From Eledone cirrhosa (lineage: Eukaryota): a DNA stretch of 64,000 nt. Numbering within the stretch: position 1 is the first letter of the stretch; each line of letters begins with the position of its first letter. The stretch lies in contig OZ024760.1 in NCBI GenBank assembly GCA_964016885.1, positions 7,192,001 to 7,256,000 of the forward strand, given 5' to 3'. Made by a program: the position numbers and the translations under genes. The notes beneath the pieces are model-generated. The model saw only the letters and a program-made list of their open reading frames with translations. It was not told the origin of the DNA and searched no databases. Shown here piece after piece: positions 12,338 through 26,500 of the stretch.

Positions 12338-15300
12338 GGCAAAAGCAGATACAACATGGTACCAGTGTCATTACAACACATATTTTCAGTTGAGTGAACT
12401 GGAGCAATGTGAAATAAAGTGTCTTGCTCAAGGACACAATACATGCTGCAGTTAAGGAATCAAACCCACAACCTCCCGACAGTGGCCAGCCCAACACTGT
12501 AACCATTTATAAACCATGCCCCTTCATTATATATAACCTATACTGCGTTGTTAACAATATGACAACAGAGGTACTTACCCCTTACATTGAGTACCAATAA
12601 GGTAAGAAGAACATGGAAAGCAGATTTTAAAGTCAAGTTTTTCATGTGTTGACCCGTCAGCAGTCTGAAAAAAAGAAATACATTGATACATGTTAATAGA
12701 ACGATACATGTTAACACAACTATACATGTTAACATCTGTACATGTTGATATGTTGATATATTGATACATCTATACCTGTTAACAGATTTGTACATGTTAA
12801 CACATCATCATCATCAACGACACCGTTTTACTTCCATTTTCCACACTAGCATGGGTTAGACGAGTTGTCCTGTTGTGGACTGGGTGCTTTTTGTTGACAC
12901 CTACATAACCACTTTACAGTGTGGACTGGGTGCTTTTTGTTGTGACACCTACATAACCACTTTACAGTGTGGACTGGGTGCTTTTTGTTGTGACACCTAC
13001 ATGACCTACATATTAACACATCTGGTAGGTTTTCCACCCAGTTGCTATTCAGGCAAAATTTAATTTGGCATAATTTGAACAGAGAGAAAACAGAGAGTTG
13101 GAATGTAAACAACAAACATCACGCTAACGACTACCAGCTCGTTACACAACTCATCATCATCAGTTCCCATGACTTTCGGAAACATTTTTTCACGCTCAGA
13201 GTTGCTGAAGCATGGAACAAACTACCTGCATCAGTTGTTAGCTGTCGAGACACTGCATCCTTTAAGGCCTCCATGCTTCCCGAGATCCGCCAACACTACA
13301 GCTAACACATACAAACATGTACTTCCCTGACATTTGTGTATTATTCTATGTTCTATATTGACGAGTTGTAGTGCACCTGAGCACTTTACACAATAATTTC
13401 ATTATTATTGTTAATTAGTTTATTAAAAATATTACCTGTTTGTTACACATCATCATCATCACTAGTTCGTTAGACATTTCAGCTGTAATCTAATTATCAG
13501 TAATTACCACCAGTATTACATCATCATCATCATCATCAGTCTAATTAACAGTAATTACCTTTATTATATATGTAAGTGTCCCTTTCATCTTCTGAGGCAT
13601 CGTTATATTCTGGATATTAAATGCAAATTGTCCTTCATTTTGACTATTTGGAAGTAATAAAAAAGGTACTTTTACGGGGTCGTGGTCGGAACCAAACTGG
13701 AATAGAGAAGAGATATAGTGTGTTAGAGAGGGAGGGAGAGAGAGGGGGGTGGAGAGAGAGAGGGGGGGTGGAGAGAGAGAGAGAGAGAGAGTGAGAGAAT
13801 CATAGTGTGTACCCCAGTTGTTTCCATGTTTGAATAGATAAGACAAAGGTGAGAAATTATCCCGATTTCATCAGGTGTAAATAACATCCACTGCAAAGTT
13901 AACCCTCCTACCATAGTCAGTATTGCTACACCTCCCCCCCACTACCACCGCTACTCCTACCACAGTCAGTATTGCTACTCCTCTCCCCGCTACCCCTCCA
14001 TAGTCAGTATTGCTACTCCTCTCCCCGCTACCCCTCCATAGTCAGTATTGCTACTCCTCTCCCCGCTACCCCTCCATAGTCAGTATTGCTACTCCTCTCC
14101 CCGCTACCCCTCCACAGTCAGTATTGCTACACCTCCCCCCACTACCACCGCTACTCCTACCACAGTCAGTATTGCTACTCCTCTCCCCGCTACTCCTCCC
14201 CCAGCTACCACTGCTACCCCTACCACAGTCAGTATTGCTACACCTCCCCCAGCTACCACTGGTACTCCCCGCAGTAAAGTTACTCTGCAGCCCTCTCCCC
14301 ACCCCAGTGACAACTGGTATTCATTCACTGTAAAATTAATCCCCCTCCCCCCACCTCAGCTACCACTAACCCTGGTATTCCTCTGTTGCAAAGTTAACTA
14401 CCCCCCCCCCCCCCCCCACACACACACTCATCAGTTAGCACTGGTATCAATTTTCTAGAGTGAAATGTTAAGTTGTAATATGTAGCTCTCTGTTTGTAGG
14501 AGCCATTTTAACCCTTTAGCATTTACATTACTCTATTTTTACTATTATATTTTCACGCTAAAGGCTTTATCTCACATAATATCTAATCTATGAGATTTTG
14601 ATATTTATTTTGAGAACAATACCTTAACATCAGTATGAGTGGCCAGTTATGGTCAGTTTAAACAGAAAGAGGTGAAAGAATTCTGGTCAGATATGGCCGG
14701 TTTAAATGCTAAAGGGTTAAGCTATAATGTGTACTTAAGTTTTTGTATTACCTGTGTAAGGTGAAATGTTAAGATATAATGTGTACCTACTTGTTTGTAT
14801 TAGCTGTATAAGGTGAAATGTTAACCCTTTAGCATTTACATTACTCTATATATACTATTATATTTTCACAGTAAAGGCTTTATCTTACATAATATCGAAT
14901 CTATGAGATTTTGATATTTATTTTGAGAACAATACCTTAACATCAGTATGAGTGACCAGTTACGGTTAGTTTGAACAGAAAGAGGTGAGAGAATTCTAGC
15001 CGGATACAGCCAGTTTAAATGCTAAAGGGTTAAGGTATAATATACTTAACTGTTCGTATTAGTCGTGCATTGAGTGTGTTGAGGACATTGAATTCAATAT
15101 CTTTTATGTGATGAGAAGACTGGTTGGTAAATATCACAGAAATCACTATTTGGTCACTTCGCTGTTGGTTCACTCGAGTTTCGTACACCTGGTTTAAAAA
15201 TAAATTATTATTTCAATTAAAAACAAACCAATAGATCGTATCAGCAAAAGTCACTGTTGCAAAATGTGGATATTTAAAGGATGCAGATGTTGTGTGTGAC

Positions 15301-18300
15301 TGCGACATCAAACCACAGATTACGCAGTACCTCCTGATATGCCCCCTGCTGGAACACCCCTGCACAGTATTGGACTTGGCAGAGTTTAATAAGAAAGGAC
15401 AGCAATGTGTTCAGCTGTGGCAGAACCACATCTAGCCAAGCTTTGTAACTGACACTCTTGTGGACAAGATAAGAAGAAGCAGCAATGAAAAGAGCAATGG
15501 AAACGTTTTCTTGGTCAAATTTGTCGAGTTCCACCTCACTCAGTAAGCAAATGAGGTTTGAAGTCTGGTCGATCATTTCCATATTTATTGCCCCACTTAA
15601 GTTTAATAAACCTGGCTTAGAAATCATCATCATCATTATCATCACCGTTTTACGTCCCTTCTTCCATGCTAGCATGGGTTAGACGGTTGTCCTGTTGTGG
15701 GCAGAGCCCGGTCGGCTGTCATGATTGTGAATCCAGTTCTCTAGCCACTAAGCCACATGCCTTCACAAATTATACATACATAAAAAAACAACAACAAAAT
15801 AAAACGCAGACATACCATTTTCAGAGAGTCATTTCCAGCTAACCTTCGGTAACTTGACATTGGCTGTAAACAGAGAAATTTATTTTTATGTAAATAAATT
15901 GTTAAAATATTTTTCCTATAAACTCTTGTGCTACCATATCTCTAAGGAAAGACACTGTCTATAATTTACAACTCTTGTGCTACCATATCTCTAAGGAAAG
16001 ACACTGTCTGTAATTTACAGCTCTTGTGCTACCATATCTCAAGGAAAGACACTGTCTATAATTTACAACTCTTGTGCTACCATATCTCTAAGGAAAGACA
16101 CTGTCTGTAATTTACAGCTCTTGTGCTACCATATCTCTAAGGAAAGACACTGTCTATAATTTACAACTCTTGTGCTACCATATCTCTAAGGAAAGATACT
16201 GTCTGTAATTTACAGCTCTTGTGCTACCATATCTCTAAGGAAAGACACTGTCTATAATTTACAACTCTTGTGCTACCATATCTCTAAGGAAAGATACTGT
16301 CTATAATTTACAGCTCTTGCACTACCATATCTCTAAGGAAAGACACTGTCTGTAATTTACAACTCTTGTGCTACCAGTATGATTTCTTCCAGAGATGAAG
16401 AGTGATAGAGGAAGTGAGAAAGAGTGATAGAGAGAAAGTGAGTAAGAATGATAGAGAGGAAAGTCAGAAAACAACACAGCTCTCATGACTTTTGGAAACA
16501 TTTTTTCACGCTCAGAGTTGCTGAAGCATGGAACAAACTACCTGCATCAATTGTTAGCTGCCGAGACACTGCATCTTTTAAAACCTCCACGCTTCCTGAA
16601 ATTCACCAACACTACACCTGATATCCCCGCTTCATATGCATATCATGACTCACTGTTCACTTTCCTGAACATTTGTACATTATTCTATGTACTATACATG
16701 TACCTTTGATGAGTTGTAGTGCACCTGAGCACTGTACACAATAATTTCATTATATATATATTCTGGTGTGCACATGTTAACAAATCAAATCAAGTGATAG
16801 AGAGAAAGTGAGCAAGAGTGAGAGAGAGAAAAAAATCAACCCCAGTACTGGACTGGAATTTTTTTATATGAGTGTATGGACCCATAACTCCTGGTGCAGT
16901 TGTAAAGGTGCCATAGGGACATATGGTGGTGTGTCTTGTGCATTTTAAAACCTAGCAGAGTCCATCTCTTCTTCAGGTATTCTGATATTCTAACAACTCT
17001 CTGCTAATTTAATTAAAAACCTTTAAGACAAACAGACAAATAATGTCAACACTCACAGGTGCATCACATTTCACCGATTCTGGTTGGTCAGGTGTGGGCA
17101 GGTATTCTTTAGACGGAGTAGCAACACCTTCTGCTTCTTCATATTCACTGCGGTTCTTTTCTTCTTGTACCTTCTTTTTCTTCTCCTTCTTCCTTTCTTT
17201 CGTCCTCTTCTCTTTCTTCTTCTTTTGTTTCTGTTGATAAACAGAAGAAATAACAACAACCAGTATGTATATCAAGGAACACAAACAGGGGGGGGGGGGG
17301 GTGCTCAGAAGGAGGAAGAGTTTCTTTTTCTTTTTTTTTTAGTAAAATCACAAAAAAAGAAAAGGAAAAAAAGCCCCACTGAAGTCATTCTGTTAAATTT
17401 AAATACTTTTCAAGAAATGCCCTTCTCTTTCGTACTCATGCAACGTTAAACAAGGGTATAGGAGATATAGATGGCTCTGAAACAAAAGTGGGTCAGGTGT
17501 TATAACATCATTACAATTTTACACTTAACATCACCAAATAAAGATAAAAAAAACCTATAAAAATAGTAATAAAAAAATACAAAAATTTATTAAATTCATG
17601 AAATTCTGAAACTTTTTTTTTTTTTTTTTTTTTTTTGGCAATGAAGCCAAACAATTTAATTTAATTTAACAGAAATAATATTTGGATGTCTTTACTGTGC
17701 TTCAGCATTCTGTAATCAGAAGGGAGGTAGGACTAAAAGCCTATATATATTTGGACGCCTTCAATGTGCTTCAGCATTCTGTAATCAGAAGCGAGGTAGG
17801 ACTAAAAGCCTATATATATATATTTGGACGCCTTCAATGTGCTTCAGCATTCTGTAATCAGAAGCGAGGTAGGACTAAAAGCCTATATATATTTGGACGC
17901 CTTCAATGTGCTTCAGCATTCTGTAATCAGAAGGGAGGTAGGACTAAAAGCCTATATATATTTGGACGCCTTCAATGTGCTTCAGCATTCTGTAATCAGA
18001 AGGGAGGTGGGACTAAAAGCCTATATATATTTGGACGCCTAAAAGCCTATATATATTTGGTTAGAATGTCTGAGGAAAGAATCGCTGGACAGATTTTACA
18101 GGCAAAACCAACCAGCAGGAGACCCAGAGCAAGATGGTTGGATAACATCCATGAGCTTGGCTGGTCACACTTGTGGATTCAGCCAGATCAGTTGGAGATG
18201 GTTGCTTCTGACAAGACCTGATGGAAGGAGTGTGTGGGGACCTTCTCAGGAATAAGTGGGCGAAGAAGATGAAGAAATAATATTTTCACCTACTTCATTA

Positions 18301-18544
18301 GACAAATGAATAACTTCTTTAGAATCAGTTCCTGGAGCAGCTCTGGTTGAAGGTGGTAATGTCACGGAATTGACTGTCTCCAGTTTGGCTTGAGTTCTTG
18401 AATGGGCAGCTGCTGTATCACCAGCAGATAACCAAAACTCCAAATCCTCATGCTGGGGAGTGAGGCAGGGGTCAAAGTAGTGGAGGAGGAGGGGGTAATT
18501 AAAAAAAAAAGAAAATAGTTACTCAGATATATCATCATCATATA

Positions 18545-18600
<56 letters not shown>

Positions 18601-21600
18601 TACATATATATGTATACACATATATATATATATATATGTATACACATACATATATATATGTATACACATATATATATATATGTATACACATATATATATA
18701 TGTGTGTATACATATATATATATATGTATACACATATATATATATATGTGTATACATATATATATATATGTATACACATATATATATATATATGTATGTA
18801 CAACTACAAGAATAGCAATAACAACAATAACTACAAGTACATTAAATCAGATCATTGTGAAAATTTACTGTAAACTGGAATAAAGACTATTTTTCCATGT
18901 GATGCTGTCATGGTGCTGTATATGTACATTTAAAGAATGTCTTGCTAATGTAGTTTCATGTGGTTTATTAATTCAATTCTTGATAGTATCTTTACTAGTG
19001 GACATAGTTGTGGAAATTTGCAGTATTAGGATAAAGAATTTAATTTTTAATGTGATGCAGTCATAGTGTTGTTTTGTACTTTTCAAGAATGTCTTGCTAA
19101 TGTGGTTTGTTAATTCAAATGTTTATAGTATCTGTACTAGTGGACAGATAGTTGTGTAAATTTGCAGTAAACCAAAGTATAGACCTTAATATTTAATGTG
19201 ATGCAGTTATAATGCTGTTTTGTACATTTAAAGAATGTCTTACTGATGTAGTTTCATGTTTATAGTATCTTTACTAGTGGACAGATTGTTGTGAAAATTA
19301 GCAGCATTAAGATAAAAAGATGCAGCCATAGTGTTGTTTATGTACTTTTAAAGAATGCCTTGCTAATGAAGTTTCATGTGCTACAGGATGTTAAGAGTTC
19401 TTACCTGAGCTTGAGGGTCTTCTGCTGGCAACTGAAGCGGTGAAGAAGCTTTACCATGGGCAGAAATTATATTTGCTTCACCGTTTATTTGACTGCTATC
19501 AAATGATGCAGAACGCAACTCTTTTTTCGGAATTTTTCTCTCCTGCACCAAAATAATTTTTTTAAATAAAAAAAAAATGATTTTACAAATCCAAAGAAAT
19601 ATTAAATACCATATTTGATGGCTTATAAGATGCACTTCGATTTGAGGAGGCATTTAAAAAAAATTTATAAATAGGTTTAAACTACGAATGTCAGGTGAAG
19701 GGTATAAAATTTGTACAGTGTATTTTTTTTTTATTATCATTCTACATCGTAATTTTTAAAACAAGGAAGTGTGAAAATAAATTTGGACATTATTTGCAAT
19801 TTTTATGTTTAATAATAAAACAAAAATAATATTTGGTTAAAATATATTTTATAACACCCCTAAAAAATGTTTCTCCTCAGTAAAGAACTAACATCCACAA
19901 AAGAATCCTACACATATGTATCATCTGTCAACAATATGACACATGCACGCTTCAGTATTGTTTAATAAAATGGAAGTTCTCTGATCATTATTTTACAAAT
20001 GTATTTATCTTTTTTAAAAAATTCATATTAGTGGTCCATGAGGTCCAAAAGCTTGGTGACCGTTGCTCTACATTGTATTTTTTGTTGAAATATTTAGTAC
20101 AATTTTACAACAAAAGATGGTGAAAATAAATTTATTTTATTCATCATAAAATTTATTAAAATTATAGCTTTTTTTTTTTTTTTAGAAAAGAGTTGCCATT
20201 GTTGGTATAGAAGCTATCACCACCTTGTTTACATTTGCAGTGATGTTTGTGGTTTAATTTAACCCTTTAGCATTTAAATTCTCTCACCTCTTTCTGTTCA
20301 AACCAGCCATAACTGACAACTCATACTGATGTTAAGTTATTGTTCTCAAAATAAATAATATCAAAATCTCGTAGATTCAATATTATGTGAGGTAAAGCCT
20401 TTACCACGAAAATATAATAATAAATATAGAGTAATGTAGATGCTAAAGGGTTAAGGGCCACTGCAGCACTAGAATTCTACTAGCCAGTAACCCAAACTGA
20501 CCATTGACCTTAAAAAACACAGGGTGATTTTCTGGGAAGTATTTTGGGAAAAAAAAAAAAGGACATCTTATAAGCCAATACAGTACATGCACAACAACAA
20601 TGACATTTTTACCTTCTTTTTCTTCTTACTCTTGTCTTTGTCCTTTTTGCTTTTCTTTTTTTGTTTCTCCAACTCTAATGTATCAACTCCAACTTCTTCC
20701 AGATTGTTATATTCTAAGACAACGTGGTGTGTCCGCACTGGAAGCTTTTCATCATCACGTAAAGGCCTGTGAAATTATAGGATAAACTTTGAGAATTGAG
20801 GAGGAGCGGGACAGGAGGGAGGGAGAGAAATATATTAACAACTTAAGTGTTGTGTCCATTCCTCACCACATAATTGTGTTGTCTCCATTCCTCGACTACG
20901 AAATAAAAAGACAAACTTTGGGCCTCTAGAGCAGCGTTTCTAAACATTTTTACCCTTGTGGAGCCCTTGAAATAGTTTTCATGTTTCAAGAAACCACTAT
21001 ATGGACAACACAACACAGATTTTAAAAAAAGGACCATGACATTTGCCCACCACACATATATATAATACATATAGTTATTTTTGTTGTTTGTGTGTGTATT
21101 TCACAGCAGTATAGCAAGAGGTAACAACCAAATTTTAATTAATATAAGAGGTTAAAGTGTCACAACAAAAAGCACCCAGTCCACACTGTAAAGTGGTTGT
21201 GTTGCTGACCCAATAATAAGCGCCCAGCCCACACTGTAAAGTGGCTACGCTGATGACATGACAAAAAGCCCCCAACCCACCCTGTATAATGGTCGTGTTG
21301 GTGACTCGACAAAAAGCACCCAGTCTACACTCTAGAGTAGTCGTGTAGGTGCCAAAAGAAAAAAGGACTTAGTCCACACTGTTAAGTGGTCATGTTGCTG
21401 TCATGACAATAAAGCACCCAGCCGACACTGTAAATTGGTCGTGTAGGTGCCACAACAAAATGCACCCAGTATTCACTGTAAATGTGGTTGGCATTAGGAA
21501 GGGCATCCAATCGTAGAAATGAGGCCCAAAACAGTTCTGTATGAGCAAGACAGTCACCTGATCTGGCTTGTCAATGAAACAACCTGTCTAACCCATGCTA

Positions 21601-22501
21601 GCATCGAAAAATGGACGTTATACAAGGATTTTATAACAATATGCTGTACGTGTTTAGTAAAATTATGAATATAAAATTAACCCTTTAGCATTTATACCGG
21701 CTGTATCCGACCAGAATTCTCTCACCTCTTTCTGTTCAAACCAGCCATAACAGGCTGCTCATACTGATGTTAAGGCATTGTTCTCAAAATAAATAATATC
21801 AGTATCTCATAGATTTGACATTATGTGAGGTAAAGCCTTTACCATGAAAATACAATAGTAAATATAGAGTAATGTAAATGTTATGTGAGATAAAGCCTTT
21901 ACCATGAAAATATAATAGTAAATATAGAGTAATGTAAATGTTATGCGAGATAAAGCCTTTACCATGAAAATATAATAGTATATATAGAGTAATGTAAATG
22001 CTAATGGGTTAAACAAAAATTACTCAAAAATGCATTATAATAAAAATAATAATAAATATATATCTATACATACTCATCTAGATCAATATTCAGTTTTCTG
22101 TGAGGATCATCAGTACTCTTATCATCATCATCTTTATCTGATAAATGAGCACCCTAATGAAAATAAATATATTTATATAATTATAATATATTTAACATAT
22201 TTATATAAAAACAACAAACATTTTAGGGTTATTTCCTCAGCTAAAGCCAGGGGAACTGTGTATGTACGTCTATGTGTATATATATATATATATATATGTA
22301 TGTATGCATATATATGTATGCTACTGGTAACATGTAACCCAGTACAACCTGTCTCATGCTCAGGTCGTCGGCGACTAAACTGGCAACTCCACCAAGCTTG
22401 CTTGGTGAGGAGGGTGATATTGGGACACCCTGCTGGATGAAATACAAGACCCGGCGAAGGGCAGAGGAACTCAGCAGAGTCAACCGCCATCCAAATAGTA
22501 C

Positions 22502-22536
<35 letters not shown>

Positions 22537-23458
22537 CCTGGGAGTGAAAGGCCCCCAGTTGTTGTCACAACACCTTTCTAAGAGAGGGAAACTCTGAAGA
22601 AAAAAAAACCTTCGGCTTCGGAACCATCTGATGGTGTTGACCAGTTCTCCTTTCCGGGTAGTGTTTTCGATGCTCAGAGAGTGGGATTGGTCGAGTGCAA
22701 GGCCTTTCCTCACTTAAGAAACCTTCGAAGCACAGGCATTGCTTGTTCAGATTATGTTACAGGTTTGTGTGGCTGGCCGTAGCTTAAAAGTGCACCATTT
22801 TCTGTAATCTGACAGGTGATTGCAATACTCTTAGAGTTTGCAACCATCATGTGTATATATATATATATATACACACTTACACCTCACCAAGACAATGTCA
22901 CTGGACCGAGACCTTTGGCGGTACTCAGTAATAGAGAAGACCCGCCTTACCTAAATACAAAGTAAAACCTACTACAGTGAGTAGGCATCTCTAACAAAAC
23001 ACACCCCCGTCCCACCACCCCATCCACACCGCCCCTTTCAATGTAAAGTTATGTTGGTGCCACAACATCCAGGCCAAAACAAATGAGATCGTGTAGACAC
23101 AGTCCACGCTGTAATGTGGCCGTGTAGGCAACACGGTAAAAACCTCCCAGCCCCACACTGTAAATGTGGTTGGTGCTAGGAAGGGCATCCAACTGTAGAA
23201 AACCCACCAGACAGTCCTATGCGAGCAAGACAATCACTCTTGCCTCAAGTGGGAAAACCCCCGTCCAAACCCATGCAAGCGTGGAACACGGACGTTAAAC
23301 GTTGATGATGATGATGATATATATATCTGTGTGTATGTATATATTATATATATATGTATGTATATCTGTTATTGCATTATTGTCCCATTAATGCGAGTGA
23401 AATGAGTGTCACATGTGAATAAACAATGATGTTATATTGATACTTTGTTCCTGTAATT

Positions 23459-23502
<44 letters not shown>

Positions 23503-26500
23503 GGTACTAGGAAGGGAATCCAGCTGTAGAAACCAAGACAAAATCAGTTCTGTATGAACAAGACATGGTCACCTGACTTGGCATTGCTCACAACGGGATA
23601 ACTAGTCTAACCCAACCCAGTGTGGAAAAGTGGATGTTAAATAGTGATGATATATATATATAGGGTAAAGAGCCCCTTCGATCACGAGTGACCATGGGAT
23701 TTGCACCTAGAAAGTTCTTCTTCAAGGCACAAATCCGGGCAAAGGTTGTTTGTGGAAGACCAGTAGTCACCCATACATACCAACCTCCCCTCTCTACGCC
23801 ACCAATGTCCAAGGGAAAGGTAATGGCCGATACAGCTTGGCACCAGTGACGTTGCAACTCATTTCTACAGCTGAGTAAACTGGAGCAACGGGAAATAAAG
23901 TGTTGGTGCTCTGATAAAATGCACTCAATAAAGCGTGGAATTGTATGTAAACAAAATGCCGACCCACAGCCTGTCTGTAAAGTCAGTAGCCTCACTTCAC
24001 TATTGACTTGGTCTGTAAAGACCTGTCCAGCCCTTGTTGGTTAAATGATGACGATGATGATGATGATATATATTTGACATCCAGCTGTAGAAAACAGGTT
24101 AAAATAGAACATGAGTAAGATAGTCGTCTGACCTGTCTAGCCTCAGAGTGTGACAATCTGCCTAACCCATGCAAGTGTGGAAAATAGACATGATGATGAT
24201 GGTGGTGATAGTATTGGTAATGGTGGTGGTGATGTGATGGTGATGTAATGATCGTGGTGGTGGTGGTGGTGATGATAGTGATAATTGTTTCTACTTTAGG
24301 CACAAGGCCAGCAATTACCCAGTGCATTACTGGTACTTTATTTATCGACCCCGTAAGGATGAAAGGCAAAGTCAACCTCGGCCGGATTTCGAACTCAGAT
24401 CGTAAAGGGACGTAACTATGCTGGAAAGCATGGCGTCCGACCCTCTACCGATACTGCCAATCGTGATAATGGTGGCTATAGTGTTGGTAATGATGAAGGA
24501 GGTGGTGGTGATGATAGTGATGATAGTGATGATAGTGGTGATGGTGGCGGCGATAGGGTTGGTAATCATGGTGATGTAATGCTGATGATGATGATGATGG
24601 AGGTGATGATAATGATGATGTTGGTGGTGGTTATGTAGGTGAAACAAGCCCTACCTCTGGCATGTCCATCACAGTGCTAACTGCGTTCATAGAGCCATCT
24701 ACTTCTTCTTCGTCGGTATCAGAATAATGCTGTCCTTTCCTATCCCTCTTCCGCTTGGTCTTCTTGGACTTCTTGCCGCCGGTTACAGAGGAGCTGCCAA
24801 TTGATTGGTGGGTTGTACCATCTAGCACACAGTTTCCCAGCTTCAAGTACTTGTCTGAAGAGGAAAGTCCTGAGGAGAAAATCATTTCCACACGAATCAA
24901 GCAGGTGTGAGTAGAATACAACAGCAACCATACTAGCACCTGTGACAGCCAGCCATCTTGTTTTTCAGCAAGCCAAACGAATGAACGAACGAATTAACGA
25001 ACGAACAAATTAACGAACCAACGAAGGAATAAAGGAAGGAAGGAAGGAGATAAGCTTTGAAAATGTCATCTTTTGATTTCTAATTTTTTTTTTTTTCTTT
25101 TTAGTTTTGTTAATTACACAAAGCTAAACCGATATGTAATAAATACCGAGAGACCTAATTAGGGCTGGTGCTTTTCTGGTGCAATGCAAAATACTCACAA
25201 CAAAAGCATGCACAAAACAACAATAAATATCAAAAAGTTTTTTTTTTTAAAAAGACAAAGCAAACTGGAAAATATTAATATTTTTTTTCTTTTTCTTTTA
25301 TCAAAATATATTTCATTAGACAAACAGACTAGAAACAATTTTAGAAAAAAAAAAAATTTTTTTTTTGGTAAATTCTAATTTGAAAATGATTTAAAAATTA
25401 AATTAAAAATAAAATACTGTATATAGTCATAGATAAATTGCAGATTTCTTACAAATAAAAAAAATCAGGCATCAGACCAATATTCTGGAGGAAAATATTA
25501 ATATTTTCTTTTATCAAAATAAAATGTTTCATTAGACAGACAAAACATTAAACTAGGAACAATTAAAAAAAAAAGTTTTTTTAAATTCTAATTTGAAAAC
25601 CATTTAAAATTAAATCTAAAGATAAAATATTGTATATAGTTATAAATATATTGTATATAGTTATAAATAAATCACACATTGCTTAAAAAAAAAAAATAGA
25701 AAAGAAAAATCAGGTGCAAAAGAGAAAAACCACACGCAATACCTGCAGAATGTTGCTCTTGAGTCAAAGGTAAAAGCCCAAATATTATAAACATAAAGGG
25801 GTGATGTAACTTATCTATTTCTCTGCTGTATATGTATGAAATCTTCCAATTGTCAGCTTGCATGTGGTCCCTTTTTTTTTTTACTTCATGTGCACCCATA
25901 TCTCTGCGATGTATATATACATCTACCAGCTTTCAGCGGTCCCTTTTTACTTCCTGTGCACCCATATTTCTGTGATGTATATATGATGTCTACCAACTGT
26001 CAACTTGCCTGTGGTCTCTTTCCATTTCTTTCTGGTGTACCCATATTTTCACTTCAAAGTACACCTTATAAAATTCTTACCTATGTCTTTGCTGTGTACA
26101 AAGTATGGCCACTTTCCCTGCTAGCAACAGAGTCCTGCATTATTTCCTGCCTCTTCCTCCGATGACTTCAGACTTTGCTAAGTTTATTTGGAGACAAATT
26201 TAGGTGTTGTGTCACGCCTGGAATTTCTTCTTCAAATCCTCCACTGATTCAGCTACAATCATTCGGACAACACGGTACATGAATTTCTATAGCCAGCCAA
26301 GTCTCGAACTCCGCTATCATGGCCTGGAGAACTATAATGAACAGGAGCAGATTGAAACCCTTACTTAAAAACAAGTAAGGGTTAGGGCCAGGATGGGCCT
26401 CTGCTGATAGAAGACTGCCTCAAAAAAGTTTAGTCCATGCATGGTAGCATGAAAGACAAGCGGTTGAAGGCCATTTTCCATGCTAGAGCAGTGGTTAGCC

